Shown here piece by piece: positions 40,782 to 52,991 of a DNA stretch of 64,000 nucleotides. Each line of letters begins with the position of its first letter. Within the stretch, counting starts at the first letter, position 1. Both the position numbers and the translations under genes were made by a program. Source of the stretch: Escherichia coli (GTDB taxonomy: Bacteria; Pseudomonadota; Gammaproteobacteria; Enterobacterales; Enterobacteriaceae); assembly GCF_044324785.1 (NCBI RefSeq), contig NZ_CP172127.1. One strand, written 5' to 3'. The notes under the pieces are model-generated. The model worked only from the letters and a program-made list of their open reading frames with translations. It ran no database searches and was not told the origin of the DNA.

Positions 40782-41903
40782 ATGTCAAAAGTCGCTCTCA
40801 TCACCGGTGTAACCGGACAAGACGGTTCTTACCTGGCAGAGTTTCTGCTGGAAAAAGGTTACGAGGTGCATGGTATTAAGCGTCGTGCATCGTCATTCAA
40901 CACCGAGCGCGTGGATCACATTTATCAGGATCCACACACCTGCAATCCGAAATTCCACCTGCATTATGGCGACCTGAGTGATACCTCCAACCTGACGCGC
41001 ATTTTGCGTGAAGTGCAGCCGGATGAAGTGTACAACCTGGGTGCAATGAGCCACGTTGCGGTTTCTTTTGAGTCACCGGAATATACCGCAGACGTTGATG
41101 CGATGGGTACGCTGCGCCTGCTCGAGGCGATCCGCTTCCTCGGTCTGGAAAAGAAAACCCGTTTTTATCAGGCTTCTACCTCTGAACTGTACGGTCTGGT
41201 GCAGGAAATTCCGCAGAAAGAGACCACGCCGTTCTATCCACGCTCTCCGTATGCGGTCGCCAAACTGTATGCCTACTGGATCACCGTTAACTACCGCGAA
41301 TCCTACGGCATGTACGCCTGCAACGGTATTCTCTTTAACCATGAATCCCCGCGCCGCGGCGAAACCTTCGTTACCCGCAAAATCACCCGCGCAATCGCCA
41401 ACATCGCTCAGGGGCTGGAGTCGTGCCTGTACCTCGGCAATATGGATTCTCTGCGTGACTGGGGCCATGCCAAAGACTACGTAAAAATGCAGTGGATGAT
41501 GCTGCAACAGGAACAACCGGAAGATTTCGTTATTGCCACCGGCGTTCAGTACTCCGTGCGTCAGTTCGTGGAAATGGCGGCGGCACAACTGGGCATCAAA
41601 CTGCGCTTTGAAGGCACGGGTGTTGAAGAGAAGGGCATTGTGGTTTCCGTCACCGGGCATGACGCGCCGGGCGTTAAACCGGGTGATGTGATTATCGCCG
41701 TTGACCCGCGTTACTTCCGTCCGGCTGAAGTTGAAACGCTGCTCGGCGACCCGACCAAAGCGCACGAAAAACTGGGCTGGAAACCGGAAATCACCCTCAG
41801 AGAGATGGTGTCTGAAATGGTGGCTAATGACCTCGAAGCGGCGAAAAAACACTCTCTGCTGAAATCTCACGGCTACGACGTGGCGATCGCGCTGGAGTCA
41901 TAA
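40782..41903 (+). CDS. gmd: GDP-mannose 4,6-dehydratase Gmd, 373 aa
   Basis: [31 protein letters not shown], Rossmann SDR. Confidence 0.95.
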
Positions 41904-41905
41904 GC

Positions 41906-42871
41906 ATGAGTAAACAACGCATTTTTATTGCTGGCCATCGCGGGATGGTCGGTTCCGCCATCAGGCGGCAGCTCGAACAGCGCGGTGATGTGGAACTTGT
42001 ATTACGCACCCGCGACGAGCTGAACCTGCTGGACAGCTGGGCGGTGCATGATTTCTTTGCCAGTGAAAGCATTGACCAGGTCTATCTGGCGGCGGCGAAA
42101 GTGGGCGGCATTGTTGCCAACAACACCTATCCGGCGGATTTCATCTACCAGAACATGATGATTGAGAGCAACATCATTCACGCCGCGCATCAGAACGACG
42201 TGAACAAACTATTGTTTCTCGGATCGTCCTGTATCTATCCGAAACTGGCAAAACAGCCGATGGCAGAAAGCGAGTTGTTGCAGGGCACGCTGGAGCCGAC
42301 CAACGAACCTTATGCCATTGCCAAAATTGCCGGGATCAAACTGTGCGAATCTTACAACCGCCAGTATGGACGTGATTACCGCTCGGTCATGCCGACCAAC
42401 CTGTACGGGCCACACGACAACTTCCACCCGAGTAATTCGCATGTGATCCCTGCATTGCTGCGTCGCTTCCACGAGGCGACGGCACACAATGCGCCGGACG
42501 TGGTGGTGTGGGGCAGCGGTACACCGATGCGCGAATTTCTGCATGTCGATGATATGGCGGCGGCGAGCATTCATGTGATGGAGCTGGCGCACGAAGTCTG
42601 GCTGGAAAACACCCAGCCGATGTTGTCGCACATTAACGTCGGCACGGGCGTTGACTGCACCATCCGTGAACTGGCGCAAACCATCGCCAAAGTGGTGGGT
42701 TACAAAGGTCGGGTGGTTTTTGATGCCAGTAAACCGGATGGTACGCCGCGCAAACTACTGGATGTGACGCGCCTGCATCAGCTTGGCTGGTATCACGAAA
42801 TCTCACTGGAAGCGGGGCTGGCCAGCACTTACCAGTGGTTCCTTGAGAATCAAGACCGCTTTCGGGGGTAA
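41906..42871 (+). CDS. fcl: GDP-L-fucose synthase Fcl (WcaG), 321 aa
   Basis: [15 protein letters not shown] start; position after gmd. Confidence 0.95.
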   Translation: MSKQRIFIAGHRGMVGSAIRRQLEQRGDVELVLRTRDELNLLDSWAVHDFFASESIDQVYLAAAKVGGIVANNTYPADFIYQNMMIESNIIHAAHQNDVNKLLFLGSSCIYPKLAKQPMAESELLQGTLEPTNEPYAIAKIAGIKLCESYNRQYGRDYRSVMPTNLYGPHDNFHPSNSHVIPALLRRFHEATAHNAPDVVVWGSGTPMREFLHVDDMAAASIHVMELAHEVWLENTQPMLSHINVGTGVDCTIRELAQTIAKVVGYKGRVVFDASKPDGTPRKLLDVTRLHQLGWYHEISLEAGLASTYQWFLENQDRFRG

Positions 42872-42873
42872 TG

Positions 42874-43353
42874 ATGTTTTTACGTCAGGAAGACTTTGCC
42901 ACGGTAGTGCGCTCCACACCGCTTGTCTCCCTCGACTTTATTGTCGAGAACAGTCGCGGCGAGTTTCTGCTTGGCAAAAGAACCAACCGCCCGGCGCAGG
43001 GTTACTGGTTTGTGCCGGGAGGGCGCGTGCAGAAAGACGAAACGCTGGAAGCCGCATTTGAGCGGCTGACGATGGCGGAACTGGGGCTGCGTCTGCCGAT
43101 AACAGCAGGCCAGTTTTACGGTGTCTGGCAGCACTTTTATGACGATAACTTCTCCGGCACGGATTTCACCACGCACTATGTGGTGCTCGGTTTTCGCTTC
43201 AGAGTCGCTGAAGAAGAGCTGTTACTGCCGGATGAGCAGCATGACGATTACCGCTGGCTGACGCCGGACGCGCTGCTCGCCAGTGACAATGTTCACGCTA
43301 ACAGCCGCGCCTATTTTCTCGCTGAGAAGCGAGCCGGAGTACCCGGATTATGA
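42874..43353 (+). CDS. gmm: GDP-mannose mannosyl hydrolase Gmm (WcaH/NudD, Nudix), 159 aa
   Basis: [22 protein letters not shown]... with Nudix fold. Confidence 0.93.
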   Translation: MFLRQEDFATVVRSTPLVSLDFIVENSRGEFLLGKRTNRPAQGYWFVPGGRVQKDETLEAAFERLTMAELGLRLPITAGQFYGVWQHFYDDNFSGTDFTTHYVVLGFRFRVAEEELLLPDEQHDDYRWLTPDALLASDNVHANSRAYFLAEKRAGVPGL

Positions 43354-44573
43354 AAATACTGGTCTACGGCATTAACTACTCGCCGGAGTTAACGGGCATC
43401 GGCAAATACACCGGCGAGATGGTGGAATGGCTTGCGGCACAAGGTCATGAGGTGCGGGTTATTACCGCACCGCCTTACTATCCGCAGTGGCAGGTGGGCG
43501 AGAACTATTCCGCCTGGCGGTACAAACGAGAAGAGGGGGCCGCCACGGTGTGGCGCTGCCCGCTGTACGTGCCAAAACAGCCGAGCACCCTGAAACGCCT
43601 GTTGCATCTCGGCAGTTTTGCCGTCAGCAGTTTTTTCCCGTTGATGGCGCAACGTCGCTGGAAGCCGGATCGCATTATCGGCGTAGTGCCAACGCTGTTT
43701 TGCGCGCCGGGAATGCGCCTTCTGGCGAAGCTCTCTGGTGCGCGTACCGTGCTGCATATTCAGGATTACGAAGTGGACGCCATGCTGGGGCTGGGCCTTG
43801 CCGGAAAAGGCAAAGGCGGCAAAGTGGCTCAGCTGGCAACGGCGTTCGAACGTAGCGGACTGCATAACGTTGATAACGTCTCCACGATTTCGCGTTCGAT
43901 GATGAATAAAGCCATCGAAAAAGGCGTGGCGGCGGAAAACGTCATCTTCTTCCCCAACTGGTCGGAAATCGCCCGTTTTCAACATGTCGCAGAGGCCGAT
44001 GTTGATGCCCTTCGTAACCAGCTTGGCCTGCCGGATAACAAAAAAATCATTCTTTACTCCGGCAATATTGGTGAAAAGCAGGGGCTGGAAAACGTTATTG
44101 AAGCTGCCGATCGCCTGCGCGATGAACCGCTGATTTTTGCCATTGTCGGGCAGGGCGGCGGCAAAGCGCGGCTGGAAAAAATGGCGCAGCAGCGTGGACT
44201 GCGCAACATGCAATTTTTCCCGCTGCAATCGTATGACGCTTTACCCGCACTGCTGAAGATGGGCGATTGCCATCTGGTGGTGCAAAAACGCGGCGCGGCA
44301 GATGCCGTATTGCCGTCGAAACTGACCAATATTCTGGCGGTAGGCGGTAACGCGGTGATTACCGCAGAGGCCCACACAGAACTGGGGCAGCTTTGCGAAA
44401 CCTTTCCGGGCATTGCGGTTTGCGTTGAACCGGAATCGGTCGAGGCGCTGGTGGCGGGGATTCGTCAGGCGCTCCTGCTGCCCAAACACAACACGGTGGC
44501 ACGTGAATATGCCGAACGCACGCTCGATAAAGAGAACGTGTTACGTCAATTTATAAATGATATTCGGGGATAA
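43350..44573 (+). CDS. wcaI: colanic acid glycosyltransferase WcaI (GT1), 407 aa
   Basis: GT1; position. Confidence 0.92.
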   Translation: MKILVYGINYSPELTGIGKYTGEMVEWLAAQGHEVRVITAPPYYPQWQVGENYSAWRYKREEGAATVWRCPLYVPKQPSTLKRLLHLGSFAVSSFFPLMAQRRWKPDRIIGVVPTLFCAPGMRLLAKLSGARTVLHIQDYEVDAMLGLGLAGKGKGGKVAQLATAFERSGLHNVDNVSTISRSMMNKAIEKGVAAENVIFFPNWSEIARFQHVAEADVDALRNQLGLPDNKKIILYSGNIGEKQGLENVIEAADRLRDEPLIFAIVGQGGGKARLEKMAQQRGLRNMQFFPLQSYDALPALLKMGDCHLVVQKRGAADAVLPSKLTNILAVGGNAVITAEAHTELGQLCETFPGIAVCVEPESVEALVAGIRQALLLPKHNTVAREYAERTLDKENVLRQFINDIRG

Positions 44574-44575
44574 TT

Positions 44576-46012
44576 ATGGCGCAGTCGAAACTCTATCCAG
44601 TTGTGATGGCAGGTGGCTCCGGTAGCCGCTTATGGCCGCTTTCCCGCGTACTTTACCCCAAACAGTTTTTATGCCTGAAAGGCGATCTCACCATGCTGCA
44701 AACCACCATCTGTCGCCTGAATGGCGTGGAGTGCGAAAGCCCGGTGGTGATTTGCAATGAGCAGCACCGCTTTATTGTCGCGGAACAGCTGCGTCAACTG
44801 AACAAACTCACCGAGAACATTATTCTCGAACCGGCAGGGCGTAACACTGCACCTGCCATTGCACTGGCGGCGCTGGCGGCAAAACGTCATAGCCCGGAGA
44901 GCGACCCGTTAATGCTGGTATTGGCGGCGGATCATGTGATTGCCGATGAAGACGCGTTCCGCGCCGCCGTGCGTAATGCCATGCCGTATGCCGAAGCGGG
45001 CAAGCTGGTGACCTTTGGCATTGTGCCGGATCTCCCTGAAACCGGTTATGGCTATATTCGTCGCGGTGAAGTGTCTGCGGGTGAGCAGGATACGGTGGCC
45101 TTTGAAGTGGCGCAGTTTGTCGAAAAACCGAATCTGGAAACCGCTCAGGCCTATGTGGCAAGCGGCGAATATTACTGGAACAGCGGTATGTTCCTGTTCC
45201 GCGCCGAACGCTATCTCGAAGAACTGAAAAAGTATCGTCCGGATATTCTCGATGCCTGCGAAAAAGCGATGAGCGCCGTCGATCCGGATCTCGATTTTAT
45301 TCGCGTGGATGAAGAAGCGTTTCTGGCCTGCCCGGAAGAGTCGGTGGATTACGCAGTCATGGAACGTACGGCAGATGCTGTTGTGGTGCCGATGGATGCG
45401 GGCTGGAGCGATGTCGGTTCCTGGTCTTCATTATGGGAGATCAGCGCCCACACCGCCGAGGGCAACGTTTGCCACGGCGATGTGATTAATCACAAAACTG
45501 AAAACAGCTATGTGTATGCCGAATCTGGCCTGGTCACCACCGTCGGGGTGAAAGATTTGGTGGTAGTGCAGACCAAAGATGCAGTGCTGATTGCCGACCG
45601 TAACGCGGTGCAGGATGTGAAAAAAGTGGTCGAGCAGATCAAAGCCGACGGTCGCCATGAGCATCGGGTGCATCGCGAAGTGTATCGCCCGTGGGGCAAA
45701 TATGACTCTATCGACGCAGGCGACCGCTACCAGGTGAAACGCATCACCGTGAAACCGGGCGAGGGCTTGTCGGTACAGATGCACCATCACCGCGCGGAAC
45801 ACTGGGTGGTTGTCGCAGGAACGGCAAAAGTCACTATTGACGGTGATATCAAACTGCTTGGTGAAAACGAGTCCATTTATATTCCGCTGGGGGCGACGCA
45901 CTGCCTGGAAAACCCGGGGAAAATTCCGCTCGATTTAATTGAAGTGCGCTCCGGGTCTTATCTCGAAGAGGATGATGTGGTGCGCTTCGCGGATCGCTAC
46001 GGACGGGTGTAG
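44576..46012 (+). CDS. cpsB: mannose-1-phosphate guanylyltransferase CpsB (ManC), 478 aa
   Basis: [24 protein letters not shown] nucleotidyltransferase motif and C-terminal cupin. Confidence 0.95.
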   Translation: MAQSKLYPVVMAGGSGSRLWPLSRVLYPKQFLCLKGDLTMLQTTICRLNGVECESPVVICNEQHRFIVAEQLRQLNKLTENIILEPAGRNTAPAIALAALAAKRHSPESDPLMLVLAADHVIADEDAFRAAVRNAMPYAEAGKLVTFGIVPDLPETGYGYIRRGEVSAGEQDTVAFEVAQFVEKPNLETAQAYVASGEYYWNSGMFLFRAERYLEELKKYRPDILDACEKAMSAVDPDLDFIRVDEEAFLACPEESVDYAVMERTADAVVVPMDAGWSDVGSWSSLWEISAHTAEGNVCHGDVINHKTENSYVYAESGLVTTVGVKDLVVVQTKDAVLIADRNAVQDVKKVVEQIKADGRHEHRVHREVYRPWGKYDSIDAGDRYQVKRITVKPGEGLSVQMHHHRAEHWVVVAGTAKVTIDGDIKLLGENESIYIPLGATHCLENPGKIPLDLIEVRSGSYLEEDDVVRFADRYGRV

Positions 46013-46113
46013 TAGTTGAATAATCAACCGGATTAATTCTCCGGTAAATAACGACAAAAACAAAATTGGCCGTTTCGGTCAGGGCCAACTACTGCCTGAA
46101 AAAGGGTAACGAT

Positions 46114-47484
46114 ATGAAAAAATTAACCTGCTTTAAAGCCTATGATATTCGCGGGAAATTAGGCGAAGAACTGAATGAAGATATTGCCTGGCGTATTGGG
46201 CGTGCCTATGGCCAATTTCTCAAACCGAAAACCATTGTGTTAGGCGGTGATGTCCGCCTCACCAGCGAAACCTTAAAACTGGCGCTGGCGAAAGGTTTAC
46301 AGGATGCGGGCGTCGATGTGCTGGATATCGGCATGTCCGGCACCGAAGAGATCTATTTCGCCACGTTCCATCTCGGCGTGGATGGCGGCATTGAAGTTAC
46401 CGCCAGCCATAACCCGATGGATTACAACGGCATGAAACTGGTGCGCGAAGGGGCTCGCCCGATCAGCGGCGATACTGGACTGCGCGATGTCCAGCGTCTG
46501 GCAGAAGCCAACGACTTTCCTCCCGTCGATGAAACCAAACGCGGTCGCTATCAGCAAATCAATCTGCGTGGCGCTTACGTTGATCACCTGTTCGGTTATA
46601 TCAACGTCAAAAACCTCACGCCTCTCAAGCTGGTGATCAACTCCGGGAACGGCGCGGCGGGGCCGGTGGTGGACGCCATTGAAGCCCGCTTTAAAGCCCT
46701 CGGCGCACCGGTGGAATTGATCAAAGTGCACAACACGCCCGACGGCAATTTCCCCAACGGTATTCCTAACCCGCTGCTGCCGGAATGTCGCGACGACACC
46801 CGCAATGCGGTCATTAAACACGGCGCGGATATGGGCATTGCTTTTGATGGCGATTTTGACCGCTGTTTCCTGTTTGACGAAAAAGGGCAGTTTATCGAGG
46901 GCTACTACATTGTCGGCTTGCTGGCAGAAGCGTTCCTCGAAAAAAATCCCGGCGCGAAGATCATCCACGATCCACGTCTCTCCTGGAACACCGTTGATGT
47001 GGTGACTGCTGCTGGCGGCACTCCGGTGATGTCGAAAACCGGACACGCCTTTATTAAAGAACGTATGCGCAAGGAAGACGCCATCTACGGTGGCGAAATG
47101 AGCGCTCACCATTACTTCCGTGATTTCGCTTACTGCGACAGCGGCATGATCCCGTGGCTGCTGGTCGCCGAACTGGTATGCCTGAAAGGGAAAACGCTGG
47201 GCGAACTGGTGCGCGACCGGATGGCAGCGTTTCCGGCAAGCGGTGAGATCAACAGCAAACTGGCGCAACCCGTTGAGGCAATTAATCGCGTCGAACAGCA
47301 TTTTAGCCGTGAGGCGCTGGCGGTGGATCGCACCGATGGCATCAGCATGACCTTTGCCGACTGGCGCTTTAACCTGCGCTCCTCCAACACCGAACCGGTG
47401 GTGCGGTTGAATGTGGAATCGCGCGGTGATGTGCCGCTGATGGAAGCGCGAACGCGAACTCTGCTGACGTTGCTGAACGAGTAA
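46114..47484 (+). CDS. cpsG: phosphomannomutase CpsG (ManB), 456 aa from ATG 46114
   Basis: [21 protein letters not shown] start; active-site TASHNP motif. Confidence 0.95.
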   Translation: MKKLTCFKAYDIRGKLGEELNEDIAWRIGRAYGQFLKPKTIVLGGDVRLTSETLKLALAKGLQDAGVDVLDIGMSGTEEIYFATFHLGVDGGIEVTASHNPMDYNGMKLVREGARPISGDTGLRDVQRLAEANDFPPVDETKRGRYQQINLRGAYVDHLFGYINVKNLTPLKLVINSGNGAAGPVVDAIEARFKALGAPVELIKVHNTPDGNFPNGIPNPLLPECRDDTRNAVIKHGADMGIAFDGDFDRCFLFDEKGQFIEGYYIVGLLAEAFLEKNPGAKIIHDPRLSWNTVDVVTAAGGTPVMSKTGHAFIKERMRKEDAIYGGEMSAHHYFRDFAYCDSGMIPWLLVAELVCLKGKTLGELVRDRMAAFPASGEINSKLAQPVEAINRVEQHFSREALAVDRTDGISMTFADWRFNLRSSNTEPVVRLNVESRGDVPLMEARTRTLLTLLNE

Positions 47485-47538
47485 TGTCGGATCTTCCCTT
47501 ACCCCACTGCGGGTAAGGGGCTAATAACAGGAACAACG

Positions 47539-48933
47539 ATGACAAATCTAAAAAAGCGCGAGCGAGCGAAAACCAATGCATCGTTAATCTCTATGGTGCA
47601 ACGCTTTTCAGATATCACCATCATGTTTGCCGGACTATGGCTGGTTTGCGAAGTCAGCGGACTGTCATTCCTCTACATGCACCTGTTGGTGGCGTTGATT
47701 ACGCTGGTGGTGTTCCAGATGCTGGGCGGCATCACCGATTTTTATCGCTCATGGCGCGGTGTTCGGGCAGCGACAGAATTTGCCCTGTTGCTACAAAACT
47801 GGACCTTAAGCGTGATTTTCAGCGCCGGACTGGTGGCGTTCAACAATGATTTCGATACGCAACTGAAAATCTGGCTGGCGTGGTATGGGCTGACCAGCAT
47901 CGGACTGGTGGTTTGCCGTTCATGTATTCGCATTGGGGCGGGCTGGCTGCGTAATCATGGCTATAACAAGCGTATGGTCGCCGTAGCGGGGGATTTAGCC
48001 GCCGGACAAATGCTGATGGAGAGCTTCCGTAATCAGCCGTGGTTAGGGTTTGAAGTGGTGGGCGTATACCACGACCCAAAACCGGGCGGCGTTTCTAACG
48101 ACTGGGCGGGCAATCTGCAACAGCTGGTAGAGGATGCAAAAGCGGGCAAGATTCATAACGTCTATATCGCGATGCAGATGTGCGACGGCGCGCGAGTGAA
48201 AAAACTGGTCCATCAACTGGCGGACACCACCTGTTCGGTGCTGCTGATCCCCGATGTCTTTACCTTCAACATTCTCCATTCCCGTATCGAAGAGATGAAC
48301 GGCGTACCGGTGGTGCCGCTTTACGACACTCCGCTTTCCGGGGTTAACCGCCTGCTCAAACGTGCGGAAGATATTGTGCTGGCAACGCTGATCCTGCTGC
48401 TGATCTCCCCGGTGCTGTGCTGCATTGCGCTGGCGGTGAAACTCAGTTCATCTGGGCCGGTTATTTTCCGCCAGACTCGCTACGGCATGGACGGCAAGCC
48501 GATCAAAGTGTGGAAGTTCCGTTCCATGAAAGTGATGGAGAACGACAAAGTGGTGACTCAGGCGACGCAGAACGATCCGCGCGTCACCAAAGTGGGGAAC
48601 TTTCTGCGCCGCACCTCGCTGGATGAATTGCCGCAGTTTATCAATGTGCTGACCGGGGGGATGTCGATTGTCGGTCCACGTCCGCACGCGGTAGCGCATA
48701 ACGAACAGTATCGCCAGCTCATTGAAGGCTACATGCTGCGCCATAAAGTGAAACCGGGCATTACCGGCTGGGCGCAGATTAATGGCTGGCGCGGCGAAAC
48801 CGACACGCTGGAGAAAATGGAAAAACGCGTCGAGTTCGACCTTGAGTACATCCGCGAGTGGAGCGTCTGGTTCGATATCAAAATCGTTTTCCTGACGGTA
48901 TTCAAAGGCTTCGTTAACAAAGCGGCATATTGA
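47539..48933 (+). CDS. wcaJ: undecaprenyl-phosphate glucose-1-phosphate transferase WcaJ, 464 aa
   Basis: Polyprenyl-phosphate hexose-1-phosphate transferase C-terminal domain (GPRPHAV...). Confidence 0.93.
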   Translation: MTNLKKRERAKTNASLISMVQRFSDITIMFAGLWLVCEVSGLSFLYMHLLVALITLVVFQMLGGITDFYRSWRGVRAATEFALLLQNWTLSVIFSAGLVAFNNDFDTQLKIWLAWYGLTSIGLVVCRSCIRIGAGWLRNHGYNKRMVAVAGDLAAGQMLMESFRNQPWLGFEVVGVYHDPKPGGVSNDWAGNLQQLVEDAKAGKIHNVYIAMQMCDGARVKKLVHQLADTTCSVLLIPDVFTFNILHSRIEEMNGVPVVPLYDTPLSGVNRLLKRAEDIVLATLILLLISPVLCCIALAVKLSSSGPVIFRQTRYGMDGKPIKVWKFRSMKVMENDKVVTQATQNDPRVTKVGNFLRRTSLDELPQFINVLTGGMSIVGPRPHAVAHNEQYRQLIEGYMLRHKVKPGITGWAQINGWRGETDTLEKMEKRVEFDLEYIREWSVWFDIKIVFLTVFKGFVNKAAY

Positions 48934-48934
48934 T

Positions 48935-50413
48935 ATGAGCTTACGTGAAAAAACCATCAGCGGCGCGAAGTGGTCGGCGATTGCCACGGTGATCATCATC
49001 GGCCTCGGGCTGGTGCAGATGACCGTGCTGGCACGGATTATCGACAACCACCAGTTCGGTTTGCTTACCGTGTCGCTGGTGATCATCGCGCTGGCAGATA
49101 CGCTTTCTGACTTCGGTATCGCTAACTCGATTATTCAGCGAAAAGAAATCAGCCACCTTGAACTCACCACGCTGTACTGGCTGAACGTCGGGCTGGGGCT
49201 TGTGGTGTGTGTGGCGGTGTTTTTGTTGAGTGATCTCATCGGCGACGTGCTGAATAACCCGGACCTGGCACCGTTGATTAAAACATTGTCGCTGGCGTTT
49301 GTGGTGATCCCCCACGGGCAGCAGTTCCGCGCGTTGATGCAAAAGGAACTGGAGTTCAACAAAATCGGCATGATCGAAACCAGCGCGGTGCTGGCGGGCT
49401 TCACTTTTACTGTGGTTAGCGCCCATTTCTGGCCGCTGGCGATGACCGCGATCCTCGGTTATCTGGTCAATAGTGCGGTAAGAACGCTGCTGTTTGGCTA
49501 CTTTGGCCGCAAAATTTATCGCCCCGGTCTGCATTTCTCGCTGGCGTCGGTGGCACCAAACTTACGCTTTGGTGCCTGGCTGACGGCGGACAGCATCATC
49601 AACTATCTCAACACCAACCTTTCAACGCTGGTGCTGGCGCGTATTCTCGGCGCGGGCGTGGCAGGGGGATACAACCTGGCGTACAACGTGGCCGTTGTGC
49701 CGCCGATGAAGCTGAACCCAATCATCACCCGCGTGTTGTTTCCGGCATTTGCCAAAATTCAGGACGACACCGAAAAGCTGCGCGTCAACTTCTACAAGCT
49801 GCTGTCGGTGGTGGGGATTATCAACTTTCCGGCGCTGCTGGGGCTGATGGTGGTGTCGAATAACTTTGTACCGCTGGTCTTTGGTGAGAAGTGGAACAGC
49901 ATTATTCCGGTGCTGCAATTGCTGTGTGTGGTGGGTCTGCTGCGTTCTGTGGGTAACCCGATTGGTTCGCTGCTGATGGCGAAAGCGCGGGTCGATATCA
50001 GCTTTAAATTCAACGTATTCAAAACCTTTCTGTTTATTCCGGCGATTGTTATTGGTGGGCAGATGGCGGGCGCAATCGGCGTCACGCTCGGTTTCCTGCT
50101 GGTGCAGATTATCAACACCATTCTGAGTTACTTCGTGATGATTAAACCGGTGCTCGGTTCCAGTTATCGCCAGTACATCCTCAGTTTGTGGCTGCCGTTT
50201 TATCTCTCGCTGCCGACGCTGGTGGTCAGTTATGCGCTGGGCATTGTGCTGAAAGGGCAACTGGCGCTGGGGATGCTGCTGGCGGTGCAAATAGCCGCGG
50301 GCGTGCTGGCGTTTGTAGTGATGATTGTGCTGTCGCGCCATCCGCTGGTGGTGGAAGTAAAGCGTCAGTTTTGTCGCAGCGAAAAAATGAAAATGCTTTT
50401 ACGGGCGGGGTGA
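48935..50413 (+). CDS. wzxC: colanic acid flippase WzxC, 492 aa
   Basis: Multi-TM polysaccharide-transport fold; position. Confidence 0.92.
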   Translation: MSLREKTISGAKWSAIATVIIIGLGLVQMTVLARIIDNHQFGLLTVSLVIIALADTLSDFGIANSIIQRKEISHLELTTLYWLNVGLGLVVCVAVFLLSDLIGDVLNNPDLAPLIKTLSLAFVVIPHGQQFRALMQKELEFNKIGMIETSAVLAGFTFTVVSAHFWPLAMTAILGYLVNSAVRTLLFGYFGRKIYRPGLHFSLASVAPNLRFGAWLTADSIINYLNTNLSTLVLARILGAGVAGGYNLAYNVAVVPPMKLNPIITRVLFPAFAKIQDDTEKLRVNFYKLLSVVGIINFPALLGLMVVSNNFVPLVFGEKWNSIIPVLQLLCVVGLLRSVGNPIGSLLMAKARVDISFKFNVFKTFLFIPAIVIGGQMAGAIGVTLGFLLVQIINTILSYFVMIKPVLGSSYRQYILSLWLPFYLSLPTLVVSYALGIVLKGQLALGMLLAVQIAAGVLAFVVMIVLSRHPLVVEVKRQFCRSEKMKMLLRAG

Positions 50414-50483
50414 ATGGCTGTTTTCGGTTCCGGCAACGAAAACAACAACTAACCTCACCTGGCATCAAATTTATGAGGAAAAA

Positions 50484-51764
50484 ATGAAATTACTTATTCT
50501 GGGCAACCACACTTGCGGCAATCGTGGCGACAGCGCCATCTTGCGCGGCTTACTTGATGCCATCAACATCCTCAATCCACACGCCGAAGTGGACGTGATG
50601 AGCCGCTATCCGGTCAGTTCTTCCTGGCTACTCAACCGCCCGGTAATGGGCGATCCTCTGTTCCTGCAAATGAAACAACACAACAGCGCGGCGGGCGTTG
50701 TCGGGCGCATTAAAAAAGTCCTCCGTCGCCGCTACCAGCATCAGGTATTGCTCTCACGCGTCACTGACACTGGCAAGCTGCGTAATATCGCCATCGCCCA
50801 GGGATTCACTGACTTCGTGCGCCTGCTGTCAGGTTACGACGCCATTATTCAGGTCGGCGGATCGTTTTTTGTCGATCTCTATGGCGTGCCGCAGTTTGAA
50901 CATGCGCTTTGCACATTTATGGCGAAAAAACCGCTGTTTATGATTGGTCACAGCGTCGGCCCCTTCCAGGATGAGCAATTTAACCAACTGGCGAACTATG
51001 TCTTTGGTCATTGCGACGCGCTGATCCTGCGCGAATCGGTCAGCCTTGATTTGATGAAACGCAGCAATATCACTACCGCAAAAGTTGAACATGGCGTCGA
51101 TACCGCGTGGCTGGTCGATCACCACACCGAAGACTTCACCGCCAGCTATGCCGTTCAACATTGGCTGGACGTTGCCGCACAACAGAAAACGGTGGCCATT
51201 ACCCTGCGCGAACTGGCACCGTTCGACAAACGCCTCGGCACCACTCAACAAGCGTATGAAAAAGCCTTTGCCGGGGTGGTCAATCGCATTCTCGACGAAG
51301 GCTATCAGGTCATTGCGCTCTCCACCTGTACGGGCATTGACAGCTATAACAAAGACGACCGCATGGTGGCGCTCAACCTGCGCCAGCACATCAGCGATCC
51401 TGCCCGTTACCACGTAGTGATGGATGAACTCAACGATCTGGAAATGGGCAAAATTCTCGGTGCCTGTGAACTCACCGTCGGTACGCGCCTGCACTCGGCT
51501 ATTATCTCGATGAACTTTGCCACTCCGGCGATTGCCATCAACTATGAACATAAATCCGCCGGGATTATGCAGCAGCTGGGACTGCCAGAGATGGCGATTG
51601 ATATCCGTCATTTACTGGACGGCAGTTTGCAAGCGATGGTTGCGGATACCTTAGGCCAGCTTCCGGCGCTGAACGCGCGACTTAACGAAGCCGTCAGTCG
51701 CGAACGTCAGACGGGAATGCGGATGGTGCAATCTGTGCTTGAGCGCATCGGGGAGGTGAAATGA
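50484..51764 (+). CDS. wcaK: colanic acid pyruvyl transferase WcaK, 426 aa
   Basis: Position and length. Confidence 0.92.
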   Translation: MKLLILGNHTCGNRGDSAILRGLLDAINILNPHAEVDVMSRYPVSSSWLLNRPVMGDPLFLQMKQHNSAAGVVGRIKKVLRRRYQHQVLLSRVTDTGKLRNIAIAQGFTDFVRLLSGYDAIIQVGGSFFVDLYGVPQFEHALCTFMAKKPLFMIGHSVGPFQDEQFNQLANYVFGHCDALILRESVSLDLMKRSNITTAKVEHGVDTAWLVDHHTEDFTASYAVQHWLDVAAQQKTVAITLRELAPFDKRLGTTQQAYEKAFAGVVNRILDEGYQVIALSTCTGIDSYNKDDRMVALNLRQHISDPARYHVVMDELNDLEMGKILGACELTVGTRLHSAIISMNFATPAIAINYEHKSAGIMQQLGLPEMAIDIRHLLDGSLQAMVADTLGQLPALNARLNEAVSRERQTGMRMVQSVLERIGEVK

Positions 51765-52981
51765 AGGTCGGCTTCTTCTTATTGAAATTCCCGCTGTCGT
51801 CGGAAACCTTCGTCCTCAATCAAATTACCGCGTTTATTGATATGGGCTTTGAGGTGGAGATTGTCGCGCTGCAAAAAGGCGACACCCAGAACACCCACGC
51901 GGCATGGACGAAATACAACCTTGCCGCCAGAACCCGCTGGTTACAGGACGAACCTACGGGCAAAGTGGCGAAACTGCGCCACCGCGCCAGCCAGACCTTA
52001 CGCGGCATTCATCGTAAAAATACCTGGCAGGCGCTCAACCTCAAACGCTATGGTGCCGAGTCGCGGAACCTGATTTTATCTGCCATTTGCGGCCAGGTCG
52101 CAACACCGTTTCATGCCGATGTCTTTATCGCTCATTTTGGCCCTGCGGGGGTAACCGCAGCAAAACTACGGGAACTGGGTGTCATTCGCGGCAAAATTGC
52201 CACCATCTTCCACGGCATTGATATCTCCAGTCGGGAAGTGCTCAACCACTACACCCCCGAATATCAACAACTGTTTCGCCGTGGCGATTTGATGCTACCG
52301 ATAAGCGATCTGTGGGCCGGAAGGCTGCAAAAAATGGGCTGCCCGAGGGAAAAAATTGCCGTATCGCGTATGGGCGTGGACATGACGCGCTTTAGCCCGC
52401 GTCCGGTGAAAGCGCCCGCAACGCCGCTGGAAATCATCTCCGTCGCACGCTTAACCGAGAAAAAAGGCCTGCATGTGGCGATTGAAGCCTGCCGTCAGTT
52501 GAAAGAGCAGGGCGTGGCATTTCGCTATCGCATCCTCGGCATTGGCCCGTGGGAACGACGCCTGCGCACCCTCATCGAACAATATCAACTGGAAGATGTG
52601 GTGGAGATGCCGGGCTTTAAACCGAGCCATGAAGTGAAAGCGATGCTCGACGACGCGGATGTCTTCCTGTTGCCATCGGTTACAGGTGCGGATGGTGATA
52701 TGGAAGGCATTCCGGTGGCGCTAATGGAAGCGATGGCGGTCGGTATTCCGGTGGTTTCTACTCTGCATAGCGGAATTCCTGAACTGGTGGAGGCCGATAA
52801 ATCCGGCTGGCTGGTGCCTGAGAACGATGCTCGAGCACTGGCGCAACGACTGGCGGCGTTTAGCCAACTGGACACCGACGAACTGGCTCCGGTCGTCAAA
52901 CGTGCGCGCGATAAAGTCGAACATGATTTTAACCAGCAGGTGATCAATCGAGAACTCGCCAGCTTGCTGCAGGCTTTATAG
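51761..52981 (+). CDS. wcaL: colanic acid glycosyltransferase WcaL (GT1), 406 aa
   Basis: GT1 motif; 4-bp overlap with wcaK. Confidence 0.92.
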   Translation: MKVGFFLLKFPLSSETFVLNQITAFIDMGFEVEIVALQKGDTQNTHAAWTKYNLAARTRWLQDEPTGKVAKLRHRASQTLRGIHRKNTWQALNLKRYGAESRNLILSAICGQVATPFHADVFIAHFGPAGVTAAKLRELGVIRGKIATIFHGIDISSREVLNHYTPEYQQLFRRGDLMLPISDLWAGRLQKMGCPREKIAVSRMGVDMTRFSPRPVKAPATPLEIISVARLTEKKGLHVAIEACRQLKEQGVAFRYRILGIGPWERRLRTLIEQYQLEDVVEMPGFKPSHEVKAMLDDADVFLLPSVTGADGDMEGIPVALMEAMAVGIPVVSTLHSGIPELVEADKSGWLVPENDARALAQRLAAFSQLDTDELAPVVKRARDKVEHDFNQQVINRELASLLQAL

Positions 52982-52991
52982 AGGAGAACGC

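Noticed and set aside
41073-41870. 265-aa minus-strand ORF opposite gmd
   Set aside because: Antisense shadow of GDP-mannose dehydratase, a high-GC codon-bias artefact.
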